Assembly: GCA_021809925.1 (NCBI GenBank)
Contig: JAJZJV010000002.1
Location: forward strand, 7,666-71,665
Origin: Candidatus Micrarchaeota archaeon
GTDB lineage: Archaea > Micrarchaeota > Micrarchaeia > Micrarchaeales > CABMGC01
Length of the DNA stretch: 64,000 nt
Direction of reading: 5' to 3'
The notes under the pieces were generated by a model, which was not told the DNA's origin, made no database searches, and worked only from the letters and a program-made list of their open reading frames with translations. Both the position numbers and the translations under genes were made by a program. Below, piece by piece: positions 27,339 through 36,680 of this stretch; position 1 is the stretch's first letter, and each line of letters opens with the position of its first letter.

Positions 27339-28430
27339 CTAAACCAAAGTTGTTAATATTGATAAGAAATCAAGCCTTTCGCCTATTGCTTGCGAGAAAT
27401 CCAATACGAATGTATCTATTATTACAAAATTAAGTAAGGGTATAAATGTTAGCCCAACACCTATGAACCCAGCATATATTAGAATCCCTTCCTTAAACGA
27501 TTCATATAGTATGATTAGCAGAGCTACAAGAGATGGAGACACTATGTAGGATGTTGCCCAAGAAGGCAAAATGCTTGATATGGTAGAGCTTGCTATTATA
27601 CTAGCATAAGATGCGAAGACTGTTCCTAGGAGTACAGGTATGTTAATGCCGCTGTGTGCTATTCCATAATCAATAACACCATATGTTATTCCTGCTAGAA
27701 TTGGGTATATTATTCCAATTCCGAATGCCAGCGCGATCATCGCTCCACCAAATGTCCTGGTTATCCCAAACGATCGTGATATGAGCCCAATAGCCATAAG
27801 TATTGAGAATATGAGTACGGATGAACTAAGTATGAGGAGTTGCACCTGATTTAGGATTATGGTCAAAAATACAAGTCCATATAAAGGGCCGTAGAATGTT
27901 ACTACTGGATTTAGATTCTCAGGAGACAATGATATAGTATATTGTATGCTTACGCTTCCAGGGTGAATGGAGATAACTCTTTGTGGACTTATGGAGGCCA
28001 ATATTGATACATAGTATACCAGAAGATTAAGTTCCCCAACATTATGGTTGAATTGTTTAAGGTTGCATATGCTTATCACATAGAAGTTATTAACTGCAGG
28101 ATTATCGCAACTTCCAGTGACCATCCCGAAATTTGAGAAGATCTGGTGCGGATCTGCTATTATTATTGAGGTGGAAAATGCGGCAAAGATTAATATTAAA
28201 ACTATTGACAGGAGCAATTCGTATATCTTTATTCGTATCCAGTTGCGTATATCACTTCTTCCCATCAGTGGGCTTAATGCATAGACTATTCCAAAGATTG
28301 AGATTATTGCAATAACCGCAGATATAACCACCGGAAACCAGGAAGTATATGGAGACGTCAGGAAATTGCATATGCTACCGAGAGGACTGATGCCTCCCGT
28401 GCATCCACTTACTAAAAGACTTGGAATCAT
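27339..28430 (-). CDS. Polytopic membrane protein, family member 5
   Basis: Family motif ISRSFGITRTFGGAMIALAFGIGIIYP with the same topology. There is a 1-nt overlap with the upstream gene. Confidence 0.65.
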   Translation of the reverse strand: MIPSLLVSGCTGGISPLGSICNFLTSPYTSWFPVVISAVIAIISIFGIVYALSPLMGRSDIRNWIRIKIYELLLSIVLILIFAAFSTSIIIADPHQIFSNFGMVTGSCDNPAVNNFYVISICNLKQFNHNVGELNLLVYYVSILASISPQRVISIHPGSVSIQYTISLSPENLNPVVTFYGPLYGLVFLTIILNQVQLLILSSSVLIFSILMAIGLISRSFGITRTFGGAMIALAFGIGIIYPILAGITYGVIDYGIAHSGINIPVLLGTVFASYASIIASSTISSILPSWATSYIVSPSLVALLIILYESFKEGILIYAGFIGVGLTFIPLLNFVIIDTFVLDFSQAIGERLDFLSILTTLV

Positions 28431-29644
28431 TATATCAGCTTGTTGAAGAGCGTCTTGCTCTTGAGGGATGGCGACCCTAATATATCTCCTAATTGCTCCA
28501 TCAGATCAAAAGATATTATAAACGCTATTATTATGCCTAACAGTTGCAATCCAATAAAAGTTATGTTATTTACAAACTGGTCAGCGTTGGCACTAAGCGC
28601 ACCGCCGAAATTCAATGGAATAAACGTTTTTATAAGAGTGTAAAGTGCATTCGCCCCAATTTTAGAATTGGTAGTGAAACTTGATAGCAAATTATTAGAA
28701 TTGCATAAGGTCGTTAATGCTGAGCTCGGCGAGGTGCCCGCGCAGAGTATATTGGTGCTTGATTGAAGCGTTGAAGAGAGTGAGATAAACGGATAAAGCA
28801 CTGCAGGAAATATTATATAGAACGAGATAAATAATGCAATCATAGACCCGCCTGCTGCTCTTGTCCATGGAAATGATCTCAGGAGAAGACCAAGATATAG
28901 GAATAAGGGAAATAAGAAGTAAATAAGCAGCAGGAGTATGATAACTGCAAAACTCAGTGTTACTACAAGGGAAAATGAGCTGCTTTCTAGTATTATCATC
29001 TTTTGTATTACGTCTGTTCCTTCTAAAGGCCTGAAGCTGAAGCCAGGATTAATATATGCAGGTAAATAAGATACTCCGCCGCCATTTGCAGTCAGGTCTA
29101 TCTGAATGCTCTGCATAAGCTGGAGCGGCAATATAAATAATGAAAGACCAATAATGTTCTGCAATGAGTTGTCTATCGTGCCATAATAGCCATTGCATAT
29201 GCTTACATACATGGCATTCGTGCTTGTCACGGGGGCGACGTTGTAAGATTGAAGACCAACGGAAGTAATTGATGACAAGAATGTCATTATGGTGTCAGTC
29301 CCACTTATCCCCCCCACTATGAGAATCACTATAAGAAGATTCGCAAAACTCTCCATGTATTCAGACTTTACGAAAGCTTTCAATTTCTCTATACCAAAAG
29401 CCATCCCCACCATATAAATAATTCCTAAGACAGTTAGGACGGTAAGTATGACAAGCATTGTAATGCTGATCATCTCTGAGTAGGTTGAGCCCCTTGACAA
29501 AGAGGTATTAATAAAAGTATTAGAGCTGCTAAAGAGGTTGTTGCATGACGGAAAGAGCGCAGTGCTTATGAAGCCGGCCGCATGGGATAGGTTAGGGATT
29601 AATGCAAGGCATATGAGAAGCACAAGATAAAAATATTTTTTCAT
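28430..29644 (-). CDS. Polytopic membrane protein, family member 4
   Basis: Signal peptide MKKYFYLVLLICLALIPNLSHA. Family motif LLLRSFPWTRAAGGSMIALFISFYIIFP. Confidence 0.65.
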   Translation of the reverse strand: MKKYFYLVLLICLALIPNLSHAAGFISTALFPSCNNLFSSSNTFINTSLSRGSTYSEMISITMLVILTVLTVLGIIYMVGMAFGIEKLKAFVKSEYMESFANLLIVILIVGGISGTDTIMTFLSSITSVGLQSYNVAPVTSTNAMYVSICNGYYGTIDNSLQNIIGLSLFILPLQLMQSIQIDLTANGGGVSYLPAYINPGFSFRPLEGTDVIQKMIILESSSFSLVVTLSFAVIILLLLIYFLFPLFLYLGLLLRSFPWTRAAGGSMIALFISFYIIFPAVLYPFISLSSTLQSSTNILCAGTSPSSALTTLCNSNNLLSSFTTNSKIGANALYTLIKTFIPLNFGGALSANADQFVNNITFIGLQLLGIIIAFIISFDLMEQLGDILGSPSLKSKTLFNKLI

Positions 29645-29648
29645 GTTA

Positions 29649-31127
29649 TCACAATAGCCTGCTTAATCCGAGCAGAGATGTATTACCGCCAAACAATGAG
29701 GACAGACCCATTATTGACGTTATTATTATAAGTAAGTTCAATATTGGAAGTATAAATCCGATTACAGAATCTATTCCATAAACATGTAGTATTGCAAGTA
29801 GCGAGTTTAGGGCTTCTGTGGGGTGACAATTAAAGTAACCATATGGAGGCATTGCTGGAGAGATCCCTCCAAGATGGGATGAGCCGAATGAAGAAATGAC
29901 TGCGAGCACCGCTCCGCCGCCAGTAACTGCGCCAGATAGAGGGAAGGTGTAGTAAGCAACTAATTTCAGCTCTGCTGAGAGGAGTCCTGTTGAGCCGGGA
30001 AGGCCCGATGGCCAGCATCCATTATAATTTATGGCTTCTGCAAGGTTTGGTATTACAAAGAAATTTGGAGTATAATGAGGACAGGTCTTTGGATCCCCGA
30101 TAATGCAGGTATTATCATTGAATGGTTTATAGTACAGGGACATTGAAGGAATTAAACTCGCACCCACAGGTTTGATAGATGGACTTGTAAGGGAGGTATA
30201 TTCAAAAATAAAGAATATTGGATATATTATAACCATTACTATGCTTATGGCCATTAATAAGCCGCCAACCTTTCTTGTCAAGAAAGATGAGTGCAGTATT
30301 ATGCCACCTGCCAAGAGATATGGCCAGATATATATGAACAGAATAATAAACAGGAGAATGAATGAGGAGAGATAAAATAATAAGTATGCCTGTGCTTCTA
30401 TCATCTTCGTGCCTCTCAGCATCATATAATAACCTACAAATGGTTCATAGGTATATACACTCTCAAATGCAAATCCCTCTCTTGGGATTATGCAGCTCAA
30501 TGGCACTAGTGGTTCGCATATGCCTACTCTGGCATCGAGCTCTCGCAGGAATGCCATATAGTTCTCAAATATATAAAGGGAGTTAAGATTTGCAGCAGTT
30601 TGATTAGTTATGTTTGCATTAAGTATGTATGCAGCCGATAATCCATAATCTATATTAGTTGCTATGTGGGGGTTTGGAGAAGCAGCTGCCGCTTGTGCAT
30701 TAGGTATCTCGATGTTGCAGATAGTATTTGTTGGATATCCGCTTAAAATGTCGAGTGGGGAGCCTTTGAAATTATTAATCGAGGATGGTACAAGATAAGT
30801 ATTACATATGTTTGCTAATGAGCTCGGAGGGATTGAATAAAATGTCGATAGAGAGGATGTTCCGAATGTATATAAAATGCCTACAAGTATTACAACGATT
30901 ACTGTCAGGCCTATTATCTGGCCGAATTCAGTTATTGCATTTGCTTTTATCCGCTTATTTCCCAACACTGCGCCGAGTAGGTAGTACATGCTGACCAGAG
31001 AGGCACTTGCCATTATTGCGGCCATTATAACAGGGAGCCAATTCTGGAATTCAGAGTATGGGGTGAATATGCTTTGGGCTAACACCACAGAAGGAATGAA
31101 TGCGGATAGGAGTAGTATGCTTTTCAT
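29649..31127 (-). CDS. Polytopic membrane protein, family member 3 (largest, 492 aa)
   Basis: Signal peptide MKSILLLSAFIPSVVLA. Family motif ILHSSFLTRKVGGLLMAISIVMVIIYP. The extracytoplasmic loop is expanded. Confidence 0.65.
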   Translation of the reverse strand: MKSILLLSAFIPSVVLAQSIFTPYSEFQNWLPVIMAAIMASASLVSMYYLLGAVLGNKRIKANAITEFGQIIGLTVIVVILVGILYTFGTSSLSTFYSIPPSSLANICNTYLVPSSINNFKGSPLDILSGYPTNTICNIEIPNAQAAAASPNPHIATNIDYGLSAAYILNANITNQTAANLNSLYIFENYMAFLRELDARVGICEPLVPLSCIIPREGFAFESVYTYEPFVGYYMMLRGTKMIEAQAYLLFYLSSFILLFIILFIYIWPYLLAGGIILHSSFLTRKVGGLLMAISIVMVIIYPIFFIFEYTSLTSPSIKPVGASLIPSMSLYYKPFNDNTCIIGDPKTCPHYTPNFFVIPNLAEAINYNGCWPSGLPGSTGLLSAELKLVAYYTFPLSGAVTGGGAVLAVISSFGSSHLGGISPAMPPYGYFNCHPTEALNSLLAILHVYGIDSVIGFILPILNLLIIITSIMGLSSLFGGNTSLLGLSRLL

Positions 31128-31132
31128 TTCTA

Positions 31133-32281
31133 TTAACCCCAGAAAGGACCTATCCCCATTATTCTGGATACTGAGCTGAGGCCTCCTGCAAGGCCTTGGA
31201 CAAAACCCAACGTTATTGCAAAGTCCAATCCAAGAAGCACAATTCCCTGGAATAAGTATTCTGCAACGCTGAAACTTGCTTGCTGCATTGCTATTGGCAT
31301 TGTGAATAGAGAAAGTATGCTAAGTGGCGAACTCGCTCCGAAAATGTTGGCGAAGAAGGATATAGAACCGCTATAACCTGTTGTTTGCCAACCCCCGTTG
31401 GTCGAGAACAAGAAACTTGTAGGGAGAGATGTAAGAGTATCTGTCTTAATGTATGTTGAGTAGTATGGATTACATATTGTCGTATTTTGACAATACATCC
31501 AATTTATTATCGCACTGTTCAAGACTATTGTCAATGGAAATACAAAATAGAGGCCTATGCTTATTGCTAAAAGAATGTTTGCTGATTCCCTCAACCTTGG
31601 ACCTGTGAAAGAGAGTGATCTCAGTATTATAGAGATTGGGATCAATACGGCTAATGCTGCTGAAGCGATGAGCGGAAGTAGGATATATATTAAAAGAAGC
31701 ATGCCGAAGGTTGCAGTTACAAGGCTCATCATTGAACCAACATATATGTCTGCGTATGAGTAGAAAAGATTTGGCAGATTAGCAGAGAAAGAAAGTTTGC
31801 TGCCTCGGCTTGACATTGCCGCGAGGTTCTGAATTAAGAAATCCTGGGTAAGAATATCAGTAGCAGTACCTGCCAATAACACATTTATTGTATCTGCAAA
31901 TAATGTTGTTGTTAGTTTCTGACCCTGCACGAAGAGAAGAGAAGAGATATAATTCTCTGAAAATTGTATAGGATCATAGGTCTTGGTTGAGCTGTAGGTT
32001 AATGATGATACAACAGTGCAGGAAAATGTTGAGAAAGTTATCAATAGTATTATTATGAGTATGCTTACTATACCTTCAACTGCCTCGTATCTGACAATTC
32101 CTCTTAATTTTTCCCTGTTTATGAATGGAAGGATACCGCTCAGAGAATAAAGAAGAGATCCAATCATCATCGTTGCCATTACTACGAGAATGCTGATGCT
32201 TATCCAATCATTCCTGTTTATCGTGCCAAAATTGCAGCTTTGCTGAAAAATGTTCGGTGTCAGTAAGGCCAAGAGCATCAT
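31133..32281 (-). CDS. Polytopic membrane protein, family member 2
   Basis: Family motif variant IILRSLSFTGPRLRESANILLAISIGLYFVFP. There is a 4-nt start/stop overlap with the upstream gene. Confidence 0.6.
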   Translation of the reverse strand: MMLLALLTPNIFQQSCNFGTINRNDWISISILVVMATMMIGSLLYSLSGILPFINREKLRGIVRYEAVEGIVSILIIILLITFSTFSCTVVSSLTYSSTKTYDPIQFSENYISSLLFVQGQKLTTTLFADTINVLLAGTATDILTQDFLIQNLAAMSSRGSKLSFSANLPNLFYSYADIYVGSMMSLVTATFGMLLLIYILLPLIASAALAVLIPISIILRSLSFTGPRLRESANILLAISIGLYFVFPLTIVLNSAIINWMYCQNTTICNPYYSTYIKTDTLTSLPTSFLFSTNGGWQTTGYSGSISFFANIFGASSPLSILSLFTMPIAMQQASFSVAEYLFQGIVLLGLDFAITLGFVQGLAGGLSSVSRIMGIGPFWG

Positions 32282-33492
32282 ACCAACCTCAGCTTTGATC
32301 CTAAGCTTGTAACGACACCGGTTGAGCTGCCGAGCATTCTGGCTATTGTATCCATTAGAGGTATTGCTATGGCTAGATCAAGTATAAATAACACAAATTG
32401 GGCTACCAGATTAACCGTATGGTAAACTAGATCATTTATTGTTGGATATATGGAGTAGAGTGCAGATAAGCCAATAACTATTGAGGTGGTTGATATGCCC
32501 ATATTGGTTAAAACAGTTGTATATCCATTCACAACTGAACATAGGATGCCTGAGGTGCATGATGGGGAGGATGGCGTGGTTGGACCATGGAAAGCGGTGT
32601 TGAGTACATTTGTCACAGGGGCATTAAGAATCACGAGAAGAGAGGGATAGATTATTGAGATGCCTATGCCTATTGCGATTAGCACGCCCCCAACGCCTCG
32701 AACGAATGGAAATGATCTTAGTATTAAGCCTATTGGGATTACTAAAAGCAGACCAATTTTCACAATATATGGCAATAGTGCCATCTCGCTCCCTATTATC
32801 ACAGATATTGGAAATAGAACGATTACTATAGTATCAGATAATATTGATTCGTAATTCCTTACAGTAATGCTATATGGTGTAAGCATCTCGTTTGTTAGAC
32901 CAGCCGGTGTGAATGCGACACCAGTTATCAAATATGGTAGTGGAATGCCATCAGGATAAGGAATTGGCGGAGTCGGGTCATAGTATTGTATAGTTAAAGA
33001 AGTTAATGCACCTATGCCGATACTCAACCCACCTACAGCATCGTAAGCGCAGGCTAGGTTGTTGTCGACCCCAGTTAAGTATATCTCGCCAGAATTTACC
33101 AACCCTGCCAAGTTTGATGAATACGAGCTTGAAGGCGTTTGTCCACTTATTATCACAGCCATGCTGCTCATGAATAGCAATATAGAAAATATGCTTGCTA
33201 TCAAGATCATTGTTTTCGCTATCTCGTAGTATTCTCTTTCTATCCATCCCCTAAGCCCAGCGCCGGAAAAGATCTTGCTTATTATGTAGCCTATGGCAAC
33301 TACATCTATTGAGAGAGTTAGTGCTATCAGTGATACAGCTATTGCTTCATTATATACAGATCCAGGTATTGTGATTGTTGTTTTAATAGGTGATCTTAAT
33401 GAGCAAGAAGTAGCAGCAGATACCAGACTTGGCAGTAAGGCGATTAGCACCATAAAAATGCAGGCTTTGTTAAGAGCCATCTCATCATACAA
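32278..33492 (-). CDS. Polytopic membrane protein, family member 1
   Basis: Signal peptide MALNKACIFMVLIALLPSLVSA, so the start may be the Met at 33480. Family motif LILRSFPFVRGVGGVLIAIGIGISIIYP. Confidence 0.65.
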   Translation of the reverse strand: MYDEMALNKACIFMVLIALLPSLVSAATSCSLRSPIKTTITIPGSVYNEAIAVSLIALTLSIDVVAIGYIISKIFSGAGLRGWIEREYYEIAKTMILIASIFSILLFMSSMAVIISGQTPSSSYSSNLAGLVNSGEIYLTGVDNNLACAYDAVGGLSIGIGALTSLTIQYYDPTPPIPYPDGIPLPYLITGVAFTPAGLTNEMLTPYSITVRNYESILSDTIVIVLFPISVIIGSEMALLPYIVKIGLLLVIPIGLILRSFPFVRGVGGVLIAIGIGISIIYPSLLVILNAPVTNVLNTAFHGPTTPSSPSCTSGILCSVVNGYTTVLTNMGISTTSIVIGLSALYSIYPTINDLVYHTVNLVAQFVLFILDLAIAIPLMDTIARMLGSSTGVVTSLGSKLRLV

Positions 33493-33537
33493 TATTGGTA
33501 ATGGAAACTTATAATACTTCTCTTTTCTGGCAGCATA

Positions 33538-34320
33538 TCAATGTCTTAGCAGAGGGAATCTTTTCATATACGCTTCTGCCTGAAGTATCACAAAATAAGG
33601 CATTATCAGCAAAGAAGTTATTATAAGAACAACATATCTTGATAGGAGAGTACCTGTTATGCCTATAGCAAGTACGTCAAGTATCGATATAGATAGGGTA
33701 GATAATAGAAGCCAGCCGACAAAGTATACTGGCTCCCGGTATATTAGCTTTGTGCTGTCCTTTATCGAACGGAAGACTCGCTTATCGTCAACAACTATTG
33801 CGCTTGGAACGTAGAATATGATTAGGAATGCAATAAATCCTACAATGGAAGTTAAAACTCCGCCAAGCGAAGGAAGGTAGTAGCTTGCTATGATATTGGT
33901 AGCTACCACCACCAAAGCATATGCCAGCAGAACCACAAATACCCTTGAGATGTACTTTTCTATATCTCTAAGCACACTTCCAGCTATTTTTGTGTGTGTA
34001 CGCTTAGATTTGACTATTAGACTTATTGCAACGAAAGCAAAACTCAAGAAGAGAAGAGAGAAGAACACTGAGAATATTATAACGGATATGCTTATTGGGT
34101 TCGTGTTAATGAATATGCTTGCGCTTCTTAGGAATATGCCACCAGCAGTCATGTAGGTAGGAAGTGGGGCAAATAAAGGTATCGCCACAGCAATTATGAA
34201 GGGTATAGAAAACAGGAGCACTAGCTTTAAATTCTGAAAGTATGTCTCTAGGGAATCAGTGAGGACATTTCCCATTATTGCACCATTTGATATACTGCGT
34301 CTCAATAAATAAAAAGCCAT
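33538..34320 (-). CDS. Polytopic membrane protein (260 aa), unknown function
   Basis: At least 6 hydrophobic segments. There is a 1-nt spacer to the upstream gene. No motif was recognised. Confidence 0.5.
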   Translation of the reverse strand: MAFYLLRRSISNGAIMGNVLTDSLETYFQNLKLVLLFSIPFIIAVAIPLFAPLPTYMTAGGIFLRSASIFINTNPISISVIIFSVFFSLLFLSFAFVAISLIVKSKRTHTKIAGSVLRDIEKYISRVFVVLLAYALVVVATNIIASYYLPSLGGVLTSIVGFIAFLIIFYVPSAIVVDDKRVFRSIKDSTKLIYREPVYFVGWLLLSTLSISILDVLAIGITGTLLSRYVVLIITSLLIMPYFVILQAEAYMKRFPLLRH

Positions 34321-34321
34321 A

Positions 34322-36223
34322 CTATTGGCTGCTTTTGTTGTAGACAGGATTGCTTACATAATAATAATCATTGTTGTATAAGATTGCAGAAAATGGCCCA
34401 GTTGTGTATGGTCCAACCATGTATTTAATCCTAAGAGGATACGTGTCGCTGCTCTTATTTAAAATTATTTTATTAATATTTATAGTGCATTCTAAAGAGA
34501 CGCATGTGTTGCTTTTGTTTATGATACTCTCATTTATAAACCCGTAAAAACCAAATGTGCTGTTGCTGACCCCAATAGTAGAAACATAAATAGTATTGTT
34601 TGTCAGATTATTGTAACTAATTGTGGCATTGTAGTAAATGTAATTTCCATTTATTGCCAGATCTTGGTTCTTTAGTGATATATTGAAGTTGTGAGTATAT
34701 TGGTTGTGTGATCTGATTATAATTGCAGTTGACGCTAGGATAATAAATAACATAGTAATAGCCAAAGCAGGCGTTGCATATCTTCCGATTCTCTCTTTTA
34801 CTATCCCAGGTCCTTTGTTTACGTTCTTTGAGTATAAGGCAAAGACAAAGAAGAAGGAGAACATGCTAAAGTAGGAGATTAGTGCGTGAGATAGAAGTAA
34901 GAAAGGAACCATGCTAAATAGAGGTATTAGCTCTTTCTTATTTATATAAATTAAGAGTATTGCTAAGGCAATTATAGACAAATAGAAGAGTTTTGAGAAT
35001 ACAAGCATGGTGATATGGTAACTGGTCAGTAACGAGAATCCAAGGATTGCTGCGCCGCTTGGCATAATTAATGAACTTACCGGAGCGAATACAGAACTCC
35101 AGTATATTCCCGGATTTATTATTATAACATAGGAGTTTATCAGGAAGAAGACTGCCAAGGCCCCAAGTATATTAAACGCTCCTCTCTTTAATCCCTGATT
35201 ATTAATCATGTATATTATAAAGAATATCACGGGAATCCATAATTCCTCTTGTATCGCGAGTGCTATGCCTAGAAGGATAAATGCATATTTTTTGTCCAGC
35301 TTTGAGTAGGTGATAAGCAAAAGCGTGAGCATTATATATACGGGCAAGGATGCTACAAACGCTATTGAAATTATAAAAAATAATATTAGTGAATATCTGG
35401 GGGAGAGATTCTTCTCATCATGCAGAAGGATTGTTGCTGTAATTATAAGCAGGAATAAGAATATTGCAGCTTCGAGACTCATGTCAATATGGGAAAGGTT
35501 GTGAAGAGTCATGCTAGAGATTAGATAAAATGGCGCTGAGATCAAAGGATACAGCGCAGGATATTCCAGAGAACCCATTATTTTATTGTTTGTTGTGATT
35601 GTCACTCCTATAGTACTGACATTGCCTAGTAGAAAATTTGAGAAGGAAAGGGCATATGGATTAGTGCTATTCAGCAAGGACTTTATGCTTAAGAAGGATA
35701 TCACGGTCTCGTCGTCTACAGAGTACCTTGTAAAGACATGGCCAGATAAGAAATAGAATAGCAATATAACCAATATTAATGCATAAAGAATTAAGGCAAT
35801 TTTGTAGCTTCTTTTGTGAAGGAAATACGCAGCAAATGTAGCAATGAAAAGCAATGGGAGCAATATAACTAGATATGTGCCTATGTTCTCTAAGAGATAA
35901 AGTAGGGTTTGTATAAGACCGGAAGAAATGCTGTTGCCTAGAACATATAGGTAATATATGAAAAGTAGGATTAATATAAGGAATAAGATATTTAGTATAA
36001 GCTTGGTTGCTTTCTTACTTATGCTTCTTCCTTTTGTGTTCCCTTGTTTATTATCACGTAATGAGATAAGAGATGCAACTAAGTAGATCAATGAAATGGA
36101 TATGTATAGCGAGGCTACAAACCTTGCAATTGGCACTAGGAATAGTGAATAATAAGATAAAGCAATTGTGATGAGGAAGAAGAATAATATTATAAATATT
36201 TGAGATTTAGAATTAAGTCGCAT
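34322..36223 (-). CDS. Large polytopic membrane protein with a sequon-rich C-terminal ectodomain. Possible GT-C-fold glycosyltransferase.
   Basis: About 480 aa of TM helices including LEYPALYPLISAPFY. A ~120-aa tail follows with many N-x-S/T sequons (NISL, NATI, NLTN, NNTI, NSTF, NESI, NKSN, NKSS). The GT-C call is weak and pattern-level only. Confidence 0.45.
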   Translation of the reverse strand: MRLNSKSQIFIILFFFLITIALSYYSLFLVPIARFVASLYISISLIYLVASLISLRDNKQGNTKGRSISKKATKLILNILFLILILLFIYYLYVLGNSISSGLIQTLLYLLENIGTYLVILLPLLFIATFAAYFLHKRSYKIALILYALILVILLFYFLSGHVFTRYSVDDETVISFLSIKSLLNSTNPYALSFSNFLLGNVSTIGVTITTNNKIMGSLEYPALYPLISAPFYLISSMTLHNLSHIDMSLEAAIFLFLLIITATILLHDEKNLSPRYSLILFFIISIAFVASLPVYIMLTLLLITYSKLDKKYAFILLGIALAIQEELWIPVIFFIIYMINNQGLKRGAFNILGALAVFFLINSYVIIINPGIYWSSVFAPVSSLIMPSGAAILGFSLLTSYHITMLVFSKLFYLSIIALAILLIYINKKELIPLFSMVPFLLLSHALISYFSMFSFFFVFALYSKNVNKGPGIVKERIGRYATPALAITMLFIILASTAIIIRSHNQYTHNFNISLKNQDLAINGNYIYYNATISYNNLTNNTIYVSTIGVSNSTFGFYGFINESIINKSNTCVSLECTININKIILNKSSDTYPLRIKYMVGPYTTGPFSAILYNNDYYYVSNPVYNKSSQ

Positions 36224-36257
36224 GCTTATTACTACTCAACAAAATTTAAGTAGAATA

Positions 36258-36280
36258 TAAAAGAAAAAAAAGAAAAAAAG
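36258..36280 (-). terminator. Oligo-T transcription terminator downstream of the pilin-like gene
   Basis: The minus strand reads TTTTTTTCTTTTTTTTCTTTT. It begins 17 nt after the TGA at 36297-36299. Runs of at least 5 T are the known archaeal termination signal. Confidence 0.6.
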
Positions 36281-36296
36281 AATATCTCAGTGCTAA

Positions 36297-36671
36297 TCAG
36301 CAACCTGAGATACTGCTTATTGAGCTTCCGAAGCCGGCAACCGTTGTTACGATCCATGGTGCTGCCAATACGAGTATTAACCCTATTATGCCACCCATAA
36401 TCATACCAAGAGACCATCCTTGTAGACCGCTTCTCAAATTACCTGCAGCAGGCAGGAAGTGAGCCGCAGCATAAAGAACGCCGCCTACTACGAACAATAC
36501 TAGCGCGAATATGCCTACGACAGTTCTTACAGTATTTACTATATTACATAGATTGCTAGTGAGAAGATTTACTGAACTCTGTGCAGACAGTGACAGGCCT
36601 AGTAAATTCGCTACTACGCCACCTATGAAGACTAGATATATTGCTAGTCTTATTTTTTTGCTTATCTCCAT
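36297..36671 (-). CDS. VirB2/TrbC-like pilin candidate (124-aa precursor)
   Basis: Signal peptide is MEISKKIRLAIYLVFIGGVVANLLGLSLSA. It is followed by QSSVNLLTSNLCNIVNTVRTVVGIFALVLFVVGGVLYAAA (helix 1). Next come the short loop HFLPAAGNLRSGLQGWS and LGMIMGGIIGLILVLAAPWIVTTVAGF (helix 2), with a Ser-rich C-terminus ending in Cys. This is the two-helix hairpin layout of VirB2-type pilins. Confidence 0.55.
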   Translation of the reverse strand: MEISKKIRLAIYLVFIGGVVANLLGLSLSAQSSVNLLTSNLCNIVNTVRTVVGIFALVLFVVGGVLYAAAHFLPAAGNLRSGLQGWSLGMIMGGIIGLILVLAAPWIVTTVAGFGSSISSISGC

Positions 36672-36680
36672 CTAAATCAA

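Noticed and set aside
27339-28430. Lipobox-like LLVSGC at residues 5-10 of paralog 5
   Set aside because: The leader is only 9 residues long, with no positively charged n-region. The other five paralogs use ordinary signal peptides. It is probably a coincidental match.
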